This document shows positions 1 through 10,700 of a stretch of DNA of 64,000 nucleotides, piece by piece. Every line of letters starts with the position of its first letter. Within the stretch, counting starts at the first letter, position 1. A model generated the notes under the pieces. The model ran no database searches. It worked only from the letters and a program-made list of their open reading frames with translations, and was not told the DNA's origin. Origin of the DNA: a virus; the IMG/VR virus record IMGVR_UViG_3300037307_000543, positions 3,138-67,137 of that record; one strand, written 5' to 3'. The translations under genes and the position numbers were made by a program.

Positions 1-643
1 TTCTCCAAAAGCCAACCGTACTTTTCTCAATGAAGTAGTCCTCCAGGTCATCACCGAAAGCCTCCTCATAAGTATAGTAAACGGCCTTTGAAGCAAAAAA
101 GACAGACTTGGCCCCTAAAATAGCCTGCCTTGACCAGTCGAGGTCTACGTCGAGAAAGCTGTCTTCGATACGATAGATATAAGGAATCCTCTTTTGAAAA
201 AGTAACGCCCTGATATGCCGCTTCTTGTCCTCACTGAAAGACGAGAGATCGGAGCTGAGAATAATGAGTTTGGATAAAACAAGTATCCCCACAGAAAACG
301 TCTCCGACCTTACGAGCTTGAAATCAAAACCAGCATCACCAGCAAGCTTTATAAGCGTCTTCGGAATCCTCGCGCTTGAGATCCAACGCACAGAATCAAC
401 AAGCTTCTCTTCAGGCATAAACGGCACTACGTCTTTTGGGATCTCTTTCTCTTCTCTCGCTACAGTCACGCCATACAGTTCGTTCAATGTGGGGGCCGGA
501 TTTGCAAAAGGAAGTGAGCTAACAATCTTTGCCCAGCCCTTTCTTTCATAGCTTCTCGCCACTTCCAAAGTAACTCTTCTTGGTTTAACACCAAACTTCG
601 ACCGCAGCTCTCGGCTTTCAAATACGATATCTACTTCTTCCAC
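1..643 (-). CDS. Hypothetical protein, runs off the window edge (possibly glycosyltransferase-like)
   Basis: Not in the ORF track. Manual translation from GTG at 643 (VEEVDIVFESRELRSKFG...) is open to base 1, with a GAAGGTGA Shine-Dalgarno-like sequence and a promoter upstream. The product guess is weak. Confidence 0.55.
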   Translation of the reverse strand, partial: MEEVDIVFESRELRSKFGVKPRRVTLEVARSYERKGWAKIVSSLPFANPAPTLNELYGVTVAREEKEIPKDVVPFMPEEKLVDSVRWISSARIPKTLIKLAGDAGFDFKLVRSETFSVGILVLSKLIILSSDLSSFSEDKKRHIRALLFQKRIPYIYRIEDSFLDVDLDWSRQAILGAKSVFFASKAVYYTYEEAFGDDLEDYFIEKSTVGFWR

Positions 644-669
644 GGTATCACCTTCTGATTTTTTCTGGG

Positions 670-698
670 AGGATAAGGCCAAACCTTCTTGAGGTCAA
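670..698 (-). promoter_or_regulatory. sigma70-type promoter
   Basis: TTGACC-17 bp-TATCCT on the minus strand, upstream of the 643 start. Confidence 0.55.
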
Positions 699-705
699 GA
701 ATTTT

Positions 706-736
706 CGGATGTGGAGTCAAAATGGCTCCACATCCG
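706..736. other. Intergenic hairpin
   Basis: CGGATGTGGAGTCA-AAA-TGGCTCCACATCCG inverted repeat. Confidence 0.55.
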
Positions 737-749
737 GGTTTGAGGAGAA

Positions 750-783
750 AAAGTCATGAAGCTAAAAATAGCTTCATGACTTT
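750..783. repeat. Dispersed palindrome copy 1 (may also act as a terminator)
   Basis: AAAGTCATGAAGCTA-AAAA-TAGCTTCATGACTTT just after the 786 stop; followed by a T-run on the minus strand. Confidence 0.85.
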
Positions 784-785
784 GG

Positions 786-1319
786 TTACGCGGACACCCA
801 GGTTATCGCAAGCTCAGTTGCGTTTGCCGGGAAGCCACGATAGAGCTTCCCAAGGATCAGGATCGCTGAAAAAGTGGCATTCCCACCGGCCGCAACTGCA
901 CGAAGGCTGATGTATCGCTGAATGACCGCGGCGTTTGAGCTTGTCACCACGCGAGCATAGGACTCGTCGAACACGTGGCCGAAGTCAAACTCCGCCATAT
1001 AGAGCCCTGCCGCGCTGATAGCTGCCAACGAGAAAGCAGCGTTGCTGTTCGCGTCGCCGTTCGAGTTGGTCAGAGCCGCATCGTCATCCCGAAGAGAAAG
1101 GGTCAGTGTGCCAGCCGTAAGTCCAGACACGTCTGCCACAATTACCCCTTTCGTGGGTTTGATGAATGAGCTGCTGGAATCAAGCCACGAATCAATGCTC
1201 GCACCAAGTTGGGCGGTGTTGTAGCTGTTGATCGTGCTGCCAGCAGTAAGAGTATTAGCAGGAATGAGCCGTCGAATGCTCAGACCGCTCAAGAGTTCAT
1301 GTCTTCCGTCCATTCCCAT
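786..1319 (-). CDS. Putative capsid decoration/minor head protein
   Basis: Small, beta-rich, Ala/Ser/Thr-rich ORF immediately downstream of the major capsid gene; call is by position only. Confidence 0.5.
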   Translation of the reverse strand: MGMDGRHELLSGLSIRRLIPANTLTAGSTINSYNTAQLGASIDSWLDSSSSFIKPTKGVIVADVSGLTAGTLTLSLRDDDAALTNSNGDANSNAAFSLAAISAAGLYMAEFDFGHVFDESYARVVTSSNAAVIQRYISLRAVAAGGNATFSAILILGKLYRGFPANATELAITWVSA

Positions 1320-1332
1320 CGTAACACCTCAC

Positions 1333-2667
1333 TTAGGACATATTCGGATCTGCGGTTGACTGGAGCACTACGAACGCCTTCTCCTGCTCGCAGATTCCAC
1401 CAACACGCGCCGAGGCGCGGAAAGCGGTCATGTTCTGCAAGAAGTAAACGTGTCGGCTCATTTCCACGGAGATCGTCTTGCGCTCTCCAATGAAATAATG
1501 TTTCCAGTCGCCAAGAATCACGTCGCCAGTCGTGCCGAGATCACTCGTGCGGTAGTCCGACATCACGATAGGAATGCCTGCGGCGAATCCGGCAACGCCT
1601 TCGCCAAAGTTATTGTACCCGTAACCTACGTCGATGACGGGTCGCCCGTTTTCGTCAACTTCCTTGCGGAGGTTGTTGAAAACCGCCTTCTTCATAAACC
1701 ACACCGCGTTCGCATCGAACATGGGCGGCAATAGACTGTGCATGTTGAGACAGTCGCGCCATCCTACCCGGTTCGCGCTGATGCGGTCACAGGTGATAAT
1801 GTTGGGAGTATTCAACAGGCCCAGCGGCTGTGAGCCGCCAAGACCGGTGATGAACGACTTGTCGGTGCCATACCAGTACGCTCCCTGGAAGAGCTGTACA
1901 AGCAAGTTGCCGATGTTGATCGCACTGTCAGCAAGAAGCTGATCAGTAATCGGGGTCGATGCAGAGACCTCGTAGCACTTCAGGGTAAGGAACTCGAACT
2001 CCGCCGTGGTGTTCGGCTTTACCCCGCCTTCAGAGGTCCACCGAAGCTCCACGTTACCGAAGAAGTTTTCGCTTCCCTGAGTAAGGTCCTGCTTGAGTTT
2101 AGGCCACTGAATCTCGTCAGTAGCCATAGGCCACACCTGAGCACGCGGCCATACGATGGTCCCCGGAGGAGCGAACTGGAGCATCGCATAGCGGATATCT
2201 TCAGGGACAAAGAGGCCCGCAGAGCTGTCGTCCGCCGACCGCATCGCGGTCGTCATGTCGGTGAGCGTATCCTTCGTGACAATCTGAACGCTATCGCCCT
2301 TTGTCACGAAACGGATTGTCTGACCAGAACGCGCCGCGCCGCGAAGTTTCGCCGCAAACTCGATCATCGGCTCCGAAGCGGTCTCGAAAAATCCTGACTG
2401 ACGCCGCAGCCCCTTCGTGCTGATGTTGTACATCCCAGCATTGACGATAGCTCCCTCGGGAAGCCGATACTGGTCCTCTCCAACCTGCTGGAGAGTACCG
2501 TCGTCAACGACCCCTTTGACACTATGAATCGTTTGAGGAACCGCCTTCTGAAGCTCGGTGATCTTGGTGTTGATGTCCTCAAGCATCCCTTTGGTCTTGA
2601 TCTCAACCTGATCACCGACCGTCTTAGCGAGCATTTCCTCGAACTTTTTCTTGGTAACCTCGTCCAT
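1333..2667 (-). CDS. HK97-fold major capsid protein with N-terminal delta (scaffold) domain
   Basis: AGLFVPEDI, WTSEGGVKP, QPLGLLN, ILGDWKHYFIGER, FRASARVGG motifs; about 130-aa N-terminal extension ending FVTK-G/IVTK-D. Confidence 0.93.
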   Translation of the reverse strand: MDEVTKKKFEEMLAKTVGDQVEIKTKGMLEDINTKITELQKAVPQTIHSVKGVVDDGTLQQVGEDQYRLPEGAIVNAGMYNISTKGLRRQSGFFETASEPMIEFAAKLRGAARSGQTIRFVTKGDSVQIVTKDTLTDMTTAMRSADDSSAGLFVPEDIRYAMLQFAPPGTIVWPRAQVWPMATDEIQWPKLKQDLTQGSENFFGNVELRWTSEGGVKPNTTAEFEFLTLKCYEVSASTPITDQLLADSAINIGNLLVQLFQGAYWYGTDKSFITGLGGSQPLGLLNTPNIITCDRISANRVGWRDCLNMHSLLPPMFDANAVWFMKKAVFNNLRKEVDENGRPVIDVGYGYNNFGEGVAGFAAGIPIVMSDYRTSDLGTTGDVILGDWKHYFIGERKTISVEMSRHVYFLQNMTAFRASARVGGICEQEKAFVVLQSTADPNMS

Positions 2668-2686
2668 TTTGTACCTCGCAACTATG

Positions 2687-4444
2687 TTATGGGCTCGAAG
2701 GCCCGATTTGGTCCAACTGCTCGATCAAGGGCCTTACTGCCTCAGAAGCAGCCTCAAAGCCCTTCTCGACCATGGGCTTAATGTCATCTTCGGTTAGGTC
2801 AGCAAGAAAACCGAGTCCTTTACCGTAGATGCCCTCATTCTTCTTATGCTCTATCCACTCGACGAGTTCATCGTCGGGAATTTCATCAAGGACTTCCTGA
2901 ACAAGCTGCACAGGACTCTTCTCGACGATCTCCCTCTTTTTCATCTGCTTCTTTACCCAGGTTTTGATCTGATCCGAATCCCACGAATCAGAATCAAACT
3001 CACAGGAAACAAGCTTCTGACAAGTAGTACAGAAGGCTCCATCGATACCCGTATATTCCTTAAACGTCAAATTTACGACGTTATGGTTGTCATGGTCTCC
3101 ATGATCCAGAAGGACAAAGTGCTTGTACGTTTCTTCTTCCTCTTCAGGCTCCTCCTCCTCTGTTTCCTCCGCTTCCTCTGGAGCTTGGCTCTTGAAAGGA
3201 CATTTCTCTTCCTGGCAAGCTTCGATTTCTTCAGGCGTCACTTCCTGATCACAATAAATGCAATATCGAAGCTCCTCTTCAGGTTCCTCTTCAGGTTCCT
3301 CTTCAGAAGCCATTTCATCAGAAATCTCCTCCGGCTCTTCTTCCTCCTCCGGAGCCTCCTCATCAATTTCTTCTTCACTAACTTCCTCTTCCGGAATCTC
3401 TTCTCCTTCGGGCTCCTCCTCGTATTCTTCTTCAGGAGCCTCTTCCTCGTACTCTTCCTCGGGAGCTTCCTCTTGTGGAGCTGTTCCGTTTGCCGCAGCT
3501 TCTCGCTGAGCAACAGAAGCCTCTCTCTGCGCCACAGCAGCCTCTCTTTGAGCTACTTCGACTTCCCTTTGGCGCAACCCTTCATCCGGTATTGCAGTCT
3601 CCATTGGTGCCTCCTCTGTAGCTGGCTGCTGCATCATTTCCATGAGTTGCTCTAAGTCCTGATCTCCAGTCTCCGGCGGAACTTCGCCCTCTGTTTCGGC
3701 CCCAGGTTCTTGAGAGTCAGGAACTGGAGGAACTTCGGGACCTCCAGCCACGTCTCCTTCAGCGACAGGAGTCTGAGAGACTCCTTCAGGGCCGCTCATC
3801 ATGGACATATCGGTCGGAGTATAATCGGTCATCCAGAGCGCATTCGGATCTTCTCCCTCTTCAAGCTTAATCGGAACACCTATATCGGCAGTATTCATCG
3901 TAGTTGTACGATTGATCCTACCCGTAAGCTGGCTTTCGATTGCCTTGATCTCAAGACCGGGATAGATTCCCTTTTTGGCTACAAGGTTGTGAACCCAAAG
4001 TATCTTGAGAAGACGATTCAGTGAGTCTTCGGTAACGGCAAGTTCAAACTGAGCGGCTTGATCACCGCTTCTCTTTCTCTGAACCTGAGCTTCTGCGGCC
4101 TCCGTAGCAATTGCTATTCCCTGAATCACCGATTGAGCAACGGTGTTGAGTTTTCCGATAAGCTCAAGTTTTCGCTCCTGATCGGTTTCCGCTTGAAGCT
4201 GATTTGCCGCATTGACGTAATCAATGATGATTTTCTTCGTGGCTTCTTTGCCTTGACTGTACCATTGGCTTGCAGCGGGCCAATACATCGCCCCCTGTTG
4301 AGCATTCGGCGTAGAGACGGTTGTCGCTACAGTTGACGGCTCGCCAGTAGGAGAGTTGGTTGTACTGTAAGGAATCCCAATGCCATAGCCGCTGTCTTTC
4401 GTTACGATTTTCTTAGCGGCTTTCTTCTTGGTTTTCTTCTTCAT
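2687..4444 (-). CDS. Highly acidic head-module protein (internal/scaffold-like)
   Basis: Long Glu/Pro low-complexity tract, QREAAVA repeats and a Cys4 module; lies between the protease and capsid genes. Confidence 0.6.
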   Translation of the reverse strand: MKKKTKKKAAKKIVTKDSGYGIGIPYSTTNSPTGEPSTVATTVSTPNAQQGAMYWPAASQWYSQGKEATKKIIIDYVNAANQLQAETDQERKLELIGKLNTVAQSVIQGIAIATEAAEAQVQRKRSGDQAAQFELAVTEDSLNRLLKILWVHNLVAKKGIYPGLEIKAIESQLTGRINRTTTMNTADIGVPIKLEEGEDPNALWMTDYTPTDMSMMSGPEGVSQTPVAEGDVAGGPEVPPVPDSQEPGAETEGEVPPETGDQDLEQLMEMMQQPATEEAPMETAIPDEGLRQREVEVAQREAAVAQREASVAQREAAANGTAPQEEAPEEEYEEEAPEEEYEEEPEGEEIPEEEVSEEEIDEEAPEEEEEPEEISDEMASEEEPEEEPEEELRYCIYCDQEVTPEEIEACQEEKCPFKSQAPEEAEETEEEEPEEEEETYKHFVLLDHGDHDNHNVVNLTFKEYTGIDGAFCTTCQKLVSCEFDSDSWDSDQIKTWVKKQMKKREIVEKSPVQLVQEVLDEIPDDELVEWIEHKKNEGIYGKGLGFLADLTEDDIKPMVEKGFEAASEAVRPLIEQLDQIGPSSP

Positions 4445-4782
4445 CGGGGTTCCTCCTCTTTGTTCTTCTTATCTTCCAATTCGGGTTCCCCTACAATCTT
4501 GTCCAAATACGTATATGGGCAATCCGGGTCTTGACACTGAGCGATCCTTTCTTCAGTAGCCTTTCTCTTGCATTTCGGACAAATACTTCCGATTTGCTCT
4601 TTGGAGAACAGGCCCGCGGACCTATCGTTCCCGGCGCTCATGTATCCAGAAGTCGTTGATGTGTCAATGGATTTTTCTTCAACATTAACAGAGTCGCCTT
4701 TCATCCATATTGGTGCGAACAGCCAAAAATCTGGAACCAACGAAACAAACGGTTTATCTTTTACAGCATCAGAAAAACTCAT
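4441..4782 (-). CDS. Small Cys4 zinc-ribbon-like protein
   Basis: Likely start at ATG 4782 (ATGA overlap with the upstream stop); CPKC...CQDPDCPY. Confidence 0.6.
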   Translation of the reverse strand: MSFSDAVKDKPFVSLVPDFWLFAPIWMKGDSVNVEEKSIDTSTTSGYMSAGNDRSAGLFSKEQIGSICPKCKRKATEERIAQCQDPDCPYTYLDKIVGEPELEDKKNKEEEPR

Positions 4783-7700
4783 AACTTTATTCCCCTTTCT
4801 GATAAAACAGAACACCATTCAGATTGGCTTGCTAACCGATAAATATCCCTTGAATTTTTTATGCCTTCAACAGCAAAGACCTCTTCTGCCGGTATTCCGT
4901 TAAAAATTTGGCCAAAAAGTCCAGGTAGCGTTATCAATTCAAATTCTGCAACTTCTCCGTTGTCTTCTTTAGTCGTAATTACTATTCTTTTTTGAATAAA
5001 TCCTTTCTGATTTTCAACCACCCTAACATAATCATCCGATAATTTCCCAAATTGGCCTTCAAGTTGTGGAAATCGAGACATTCCAAATTCACCATAATCA
5101 AAGTCTACTACTTTAACGTCGGAAATTATCCCACTACTTTTCGTATCAATCCCAGTCGAAGGATGTATATATCTGACCGAAAACTTCTTGCCCTTTAACT
5201 CTAAACCTGCTTTAACAAAATCGGCCTCTGTTTTCTTAAGGATTTGCCTTGCGCCTGGAGTATTGAGCAGGGTCAATGCGTGACCCCACTCGTGCATAAG
5301 GAGTTCTTTTGGTCCCCCCATAGAATCAATTACCTTTACGGCTTCTGGAAAATTATAATTAACCAAATTTATATTAAGGGTGTTTTTATGACCAATAAAC
5401 GCAATTTGATTTCCAAGCGCTGAATCAAGACTCCCTCCATAATCCACTTCGTCTCTTATCACGATTTTTACTGGGCCTGGACTTTCTAAATGGCCAAATT
5501 GCCTCATAAGGTCTTTTTGAAATCCCAATGGATTGTTTATATAATCTATCACTTTTGCTTTTTCCGGAAAACGCCTTCTATATGTTTTGATATTGAAATT
5601 CTTAATTTCATTAAATACTTTAATATCAAGAATAGATTGTGCAGTAGTGGTGGCATTTTTTCCAATTGCACTTCCAGACAGTACACCAATCGCAATTTTT
5701 TGGGCTTTTGATGTATTTCCTCCTGCTCTCGCGAATATATTCGAGTTCCTCAATATCTTATAGGCCCCAACAGATAAAGCTACTCCCCCAATAACGACCA
5801 CTCCCCCTACTATTTTCTTCGTCTTATCAGACATTATAACATCAGACGCAACACCTTCCTGTACGCTATTCTTGTCTCTGAATTTTCCATCCCGGTGTCT
5901 CGGGTGTTCAGATTCAACAAATTCCTCTTTAGACATTTCCTTCTTTACAATATCTTCTTCTCCAGGCCCATTTTTCACTAATTTAACTTGATTCCTCAAT
6001 GCGGAATAGACATCGTTCAAAACATCCAATACCGCCTCAAATCTCGTATGCCCAGGAAGAGCGTTTTCTATCGCGATCTTGCAAGCATCAGAGCAATCAA
6101 CCAAGTCGTCTATAAACACCTCGGCCATTGCGGTAGCGAGATCGTCAGCAGACGGAGCACGCCCCTGCAAAGGCTTCTCTTCTTCGTTCATCCCCTTTGT
6201 TATAAATTCAACAAATCCCTTCTTTGTTCCCTCCCTTATTTGTGCGTCGTACTCCCCGTACCACTCATCGTCCCCTCGTTTCGTTTCCTGCTTTTTGATT
6301 TCTTCCTGTAAAATTTTACCAGCTTCCGCTAGATTTTCTATGTCTTTTTTATGCTTTGGGTTTTTGATATATTCGACAAGGGCTTGAGCGGTCACTTGAT
6401 GAAGTTTCTTATCGTCCTTCATCAAATCTAAAAGTATTGCAGTCACTCTTGGATCATGAGCCTTAAAACCCCTTCTTGCAAATTCTTCTTGTAATGCTGC
6501 AAGCGCAAGGTTTGGAAGATATCTTTCTATAGTTGCCAAAAGAGATCTATAAAGCGGAACCGCTCCTTCCATTTCCCTACGAAGATGTTCGCCAACCAAC
6601 TTTGAAACAAGTCTCTCTTGAATATCCTGCTGGAATCCTTGTGCCGTATATGCTTCTGCTCTTCTTCTTTCTTTTTCCGCCAAAGCTCTTTCATACTTCG
6701 TCCATTCCGCGAGGTTTGGCTTTTCCTGCTTCTCCGCCTTTCCTTCCTCTTTCCGAAGAGCAGTCGATATCGCCTCTTTTTCTTTTTTCGATGACGTAAC
6801 TTCTTTCACGAAATTCATAATATCTTTGTGAAAATAAAACGCAGTTCCAGCAGCTCCCGTAGTAGCCCCAATTCCTGCCCAAGCCCTCACACTAAATGGG
6901 GGGATCACTTTCTCCATAAAGAAGTCTCCCAATGCTCCCCAATCGGAAGGAATTCGATCAGGTTTGTTCGGATCAAGTCTTCCGAGAGCCTTATCATACT
7001 CGTTTATTTCGTCTGGAGTATATGGAGTATAAATATAGTCTGGAATGATACCGTGCTTCCTCGTAAACTCTAAGTCTCCATTGCTTTTCCTTATTACAAT
7101 GCCATGACCCTCAAGCCAAGCGTTGGTTTTCGCCTCTATAGCTTTTGCAGTAACAAGTTTTTTGTTCTTCAACATCTCTGGAGTAACATCGTTCGAGATC
7201 TCAACCGCGTGTCTTTCCGCCTTCGTAATCGTATCCGCAAGGTCAGGCTTCAGAACGATTCGCCTTCCTCTCCATTCAAAAGGAAGCAATGGATCAGTAG
7301 ATTCCTTCGGAACAAGTTCAAGAATCTTCCTTTGTAGTTTTCCATCTTTGTTCCAATACGCTCTTTCCCACGCAGAAGTCAAAAGATCCTCAACCTGAAC
7401 TTTTCCGTTTCTTCCAACAAATACTATTCCAGTGTCTCCATCAAGAGAACCTTGCCTTGGCCTCCAATTCATCAAATCTTGTTTCACTTTGGTATTGACA
7501 AATGCCCCTTTACCAGGACCATAAATCGTTCCCTCAAGACCATATCCTCTCAATGTAGGCCCAAGACGATAGGCTCTTATTGCCTTTCCTCCAGTCTTTC
7601 CTTTCAGTTTCGCAACCGCACTTGCTATCCATCTATTAAGAAAATTAACCTGTTTCGCATCAATAGTGCCCCAACTCGTAAACGGACCAATTTTCGCAGA

Positions 7701-10700
7701 TTGAATCAGTTCCGCTGCAACAACCTCTCCCATCGCAAACTTGTTTATTGCGGAAAGCCGCCTCACTTGAGCAATTTCTCCAGTTCCCTTACCGCCACGT
7801 ATGATTTCTTTTGCCGCGGTTTTGGAAATATCTACGGCTCGAAAGAACTTATTGGGAATATATCTCGGTCTCTTCCAAAATATCGCGGCAAGAGTAGCCG
7901 CTCCAGCAAGAGTGGCGCCAGCAAGAAGGATCTTCGCAACCGCCCTATCTTCATCACTTACATTATCGCTTCTGTACTTTTTCCACGCGTCTGCAACGGC
8001 CTTATGTTTCTGGACTTCCTCATTAAACTTACTCAGACTCGCATCCATTATTCCATGAGCGTCTTTTGCGTTCACAGGAGATTGTTCTACAACTCCACTT
8101 GACGTTCTTGCTCTGTTGTAACTACTCCTAAGAGCATTCGCCATATCTTCCCGTTCTTTATCCATATACTTCACAGGATCGTCCATATAAAGAATCCAGT
8201 CCGGTTTTCCTAATCTGTAAGCATCTGCCCTGATCTTTTCTTTAACTTTCGCCTCGCTCATGCCCGGATTCTCGGCCTTGTACTTCTCTGTAAGTCTCTG
8301 CACAGCTTGAGGAGCTTTCTTGGGCATTCTCCCAGCCCCAGCACGAACTCCACCATGACTAGCGACAAACTTGGTTGCCCTTTTTGGAGCCGTTGTCGTT
8401 ACACCTGTGCCTGCCTTAACAAACTCTCCACCCCTCTCAGATCCCGCTGGAGCCCGAGGATGTTCGCGAGGATCAAATTCTTCCTTGGTCATCTCCTTGC
8501 CAACAAAATCAGCAAAGCCTTTCTCCAGCTTCTTTTTGGCCTCACTTCCTGCAACTACGGCTCCACCAACCGCGCCAGTTGCAATAACAGCCTTTGGAAG
8601 CGGACGCATTTTTTCAAGCTCTTCCGGTTTGATCCACTTATCAGAACCGGCGGGAAGCACTACGTCAGCAAATTTCTTGCTAGACAAAAGATCTTTAGGG
8701 TAGAGAAGGGCGCTTTCTTTTTTGAACTTGCCCCTAAACGCTTCTCCACCATAATTCTTGTACAATTCAGCAACCGTTCCGGCACAAATCACTCTATCGT
8801 CCTTCACAATGGCAGTAAAAAGAGAGCCTGTTATCGGGTCTGCCAATCTATCAACAACGAGATCTGGTCTTTCGCGAGCCATAGCCAGCGTCGTTGGTTG
8901 TTCTTGATCAAAAGTAAACCGAATTCCGCTCTGTTTCTCGTTTAGTGCATCTTCAATAATCCTCTCCCCCATTGCTTTCTTATCGCTCAGGCTCATTACC
9001 TCCTTTTTTGGTCTGAGAATAAGTGATATTGCGTCTGGTGTGGATCTTGGATAATCTTTGACTGAAAGAACCAGCCTGCCTTTCTCTCCTGACGTGGCTT
9101 GGGCAACCACAAACTTGCCCATGTGTTGACCAACAATCCCCCTACCAGCAAGAAAATCATCAAAGTCACTAACATATTTAGCTCTGTCTTTTACATCATT
9201 CCAAAAGAGTTTTTTCTGTTTATTCGTCTTAAATTTCAGATCCCCAACTCTATCCAATTCTCTACTCACAATTGTCTCAATTTTTTCTCCTTCATAACTC
9301 GTTAAGATTTCGTCGATATACTTCTTGTTCTCCATGTACTTCTTTATATTGAGATCGTTAACGACTACTCGCTTCCCTTCCTGTCCGAACATGTTCACAA
9401 AAAGATCTCTCGCTCTTTTGTGACGAACTCCCCCAGACATATAAGCCTCAACCATCTTTTTGTGCATATTTTGATCATACGTTCCAACAATCATGCTAGA
9501 ATGAGAATATGATCCCCCATTAACCGCCTTTGCAAAAACCTCTCTCAATCTCCGCCTCGCTGTCTCATCTCCTTTCGCAACGTGTTTGTACGTATCTCCA
9601 ATCAGATCTTCAATTCCATCATAAGGTCTGCTTCCCCAAATAAAAACATCCCCCGGTTGAGCTTGATTTCTCCAAGCAGCTTTGGCCTCCGGAGTCAGCC
9701 CATCCCACGGAACCATCTTTTTCGCCGCATCTGAATAGATAGTCTTTATTAGCCTTCCACCAACCCGTGCCGTAGCAAAAATCAATGGAGCAGAAGCTAT
9801 CCCTAAGCCAACAAGAGCTGTCTTTCCCTTATTCGCCCTTATCCACCGCACAACACCCTTCTTCTCTTCTTCACTCAGTTCTCTCGACTTACCCGGCTGA
9901 ACAACAGATGAACTCACAGTTCTGTATTTTACCGCCTTCGGCTTCTCCACCTCCTTCACCTTCTTTGGACTCATGCTCTGAGTAACAGACTTCGGTCCTA
10001 CCGTAGAAGGCTTCGCTGCTTCTCCCTTTGGACGAAACTTTCCATCGGCATGTCTGGGATGCTCCGCTTCCTCGAACTGCGCTTCGGTCATACCCTTCCC
10101 GATGAAAGCAGCAAAGCCTTTCTCTTCTACAAGATCCTTTATCTCATCGGTTATTTGTTGATACTGGTTGCTAAGATCCTTGTACTCTGGTATCTTATCG
10201 GCGCCTACTTCAACACCCTTCTCAAGCGCATCAGCAATAATATCAAGCGTGTCTGTAAGCGTTTGGACCTGATTTTCTGTATCAATCCCCTTTCGTCTTA
10301 TTCTGTCGGCCACTCCATACATCCCAGCCACAATCCAGTCCTTAAGTTTTTCCTTCGCGGCCTGAACCATGCCTTGACCGATCTGCGTTCTCGTCAGAAA
10401 GAGATAGCCAGCGGCGGCTCCGCCAAGCCTCAGTCCCCACTTCTTTGCCCACTCCGCCCATGAATCCTTGTCTTTCACCTGTTGAAGTGAAGACAAAATC
10501 TCTTGTTGGTTGCGAAGTATAGCATCCATCTGAGCTTGAGGAACGTTCACCGCGACGTTTGAGGTTCCGCCCATAGCGGTTATAGACGGTCCACCGGTCA
10601 ATGAGTGCCACAACTGAGGCCCATACTGAGAGGCATAAACAAGGCCCGCTCCCTTCGTCACGAAGCCGTAGAAGCTTTCTTCTTTCTCCTTTTCTTTGAT

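Noticed and set aside
4441-4782. Immunity protein for the C-terminal HExxH module
   Set aside because: The position fits, but it shares a Cys4 module and Lys motifs with the next head gene, so a structural role is at least as likely.
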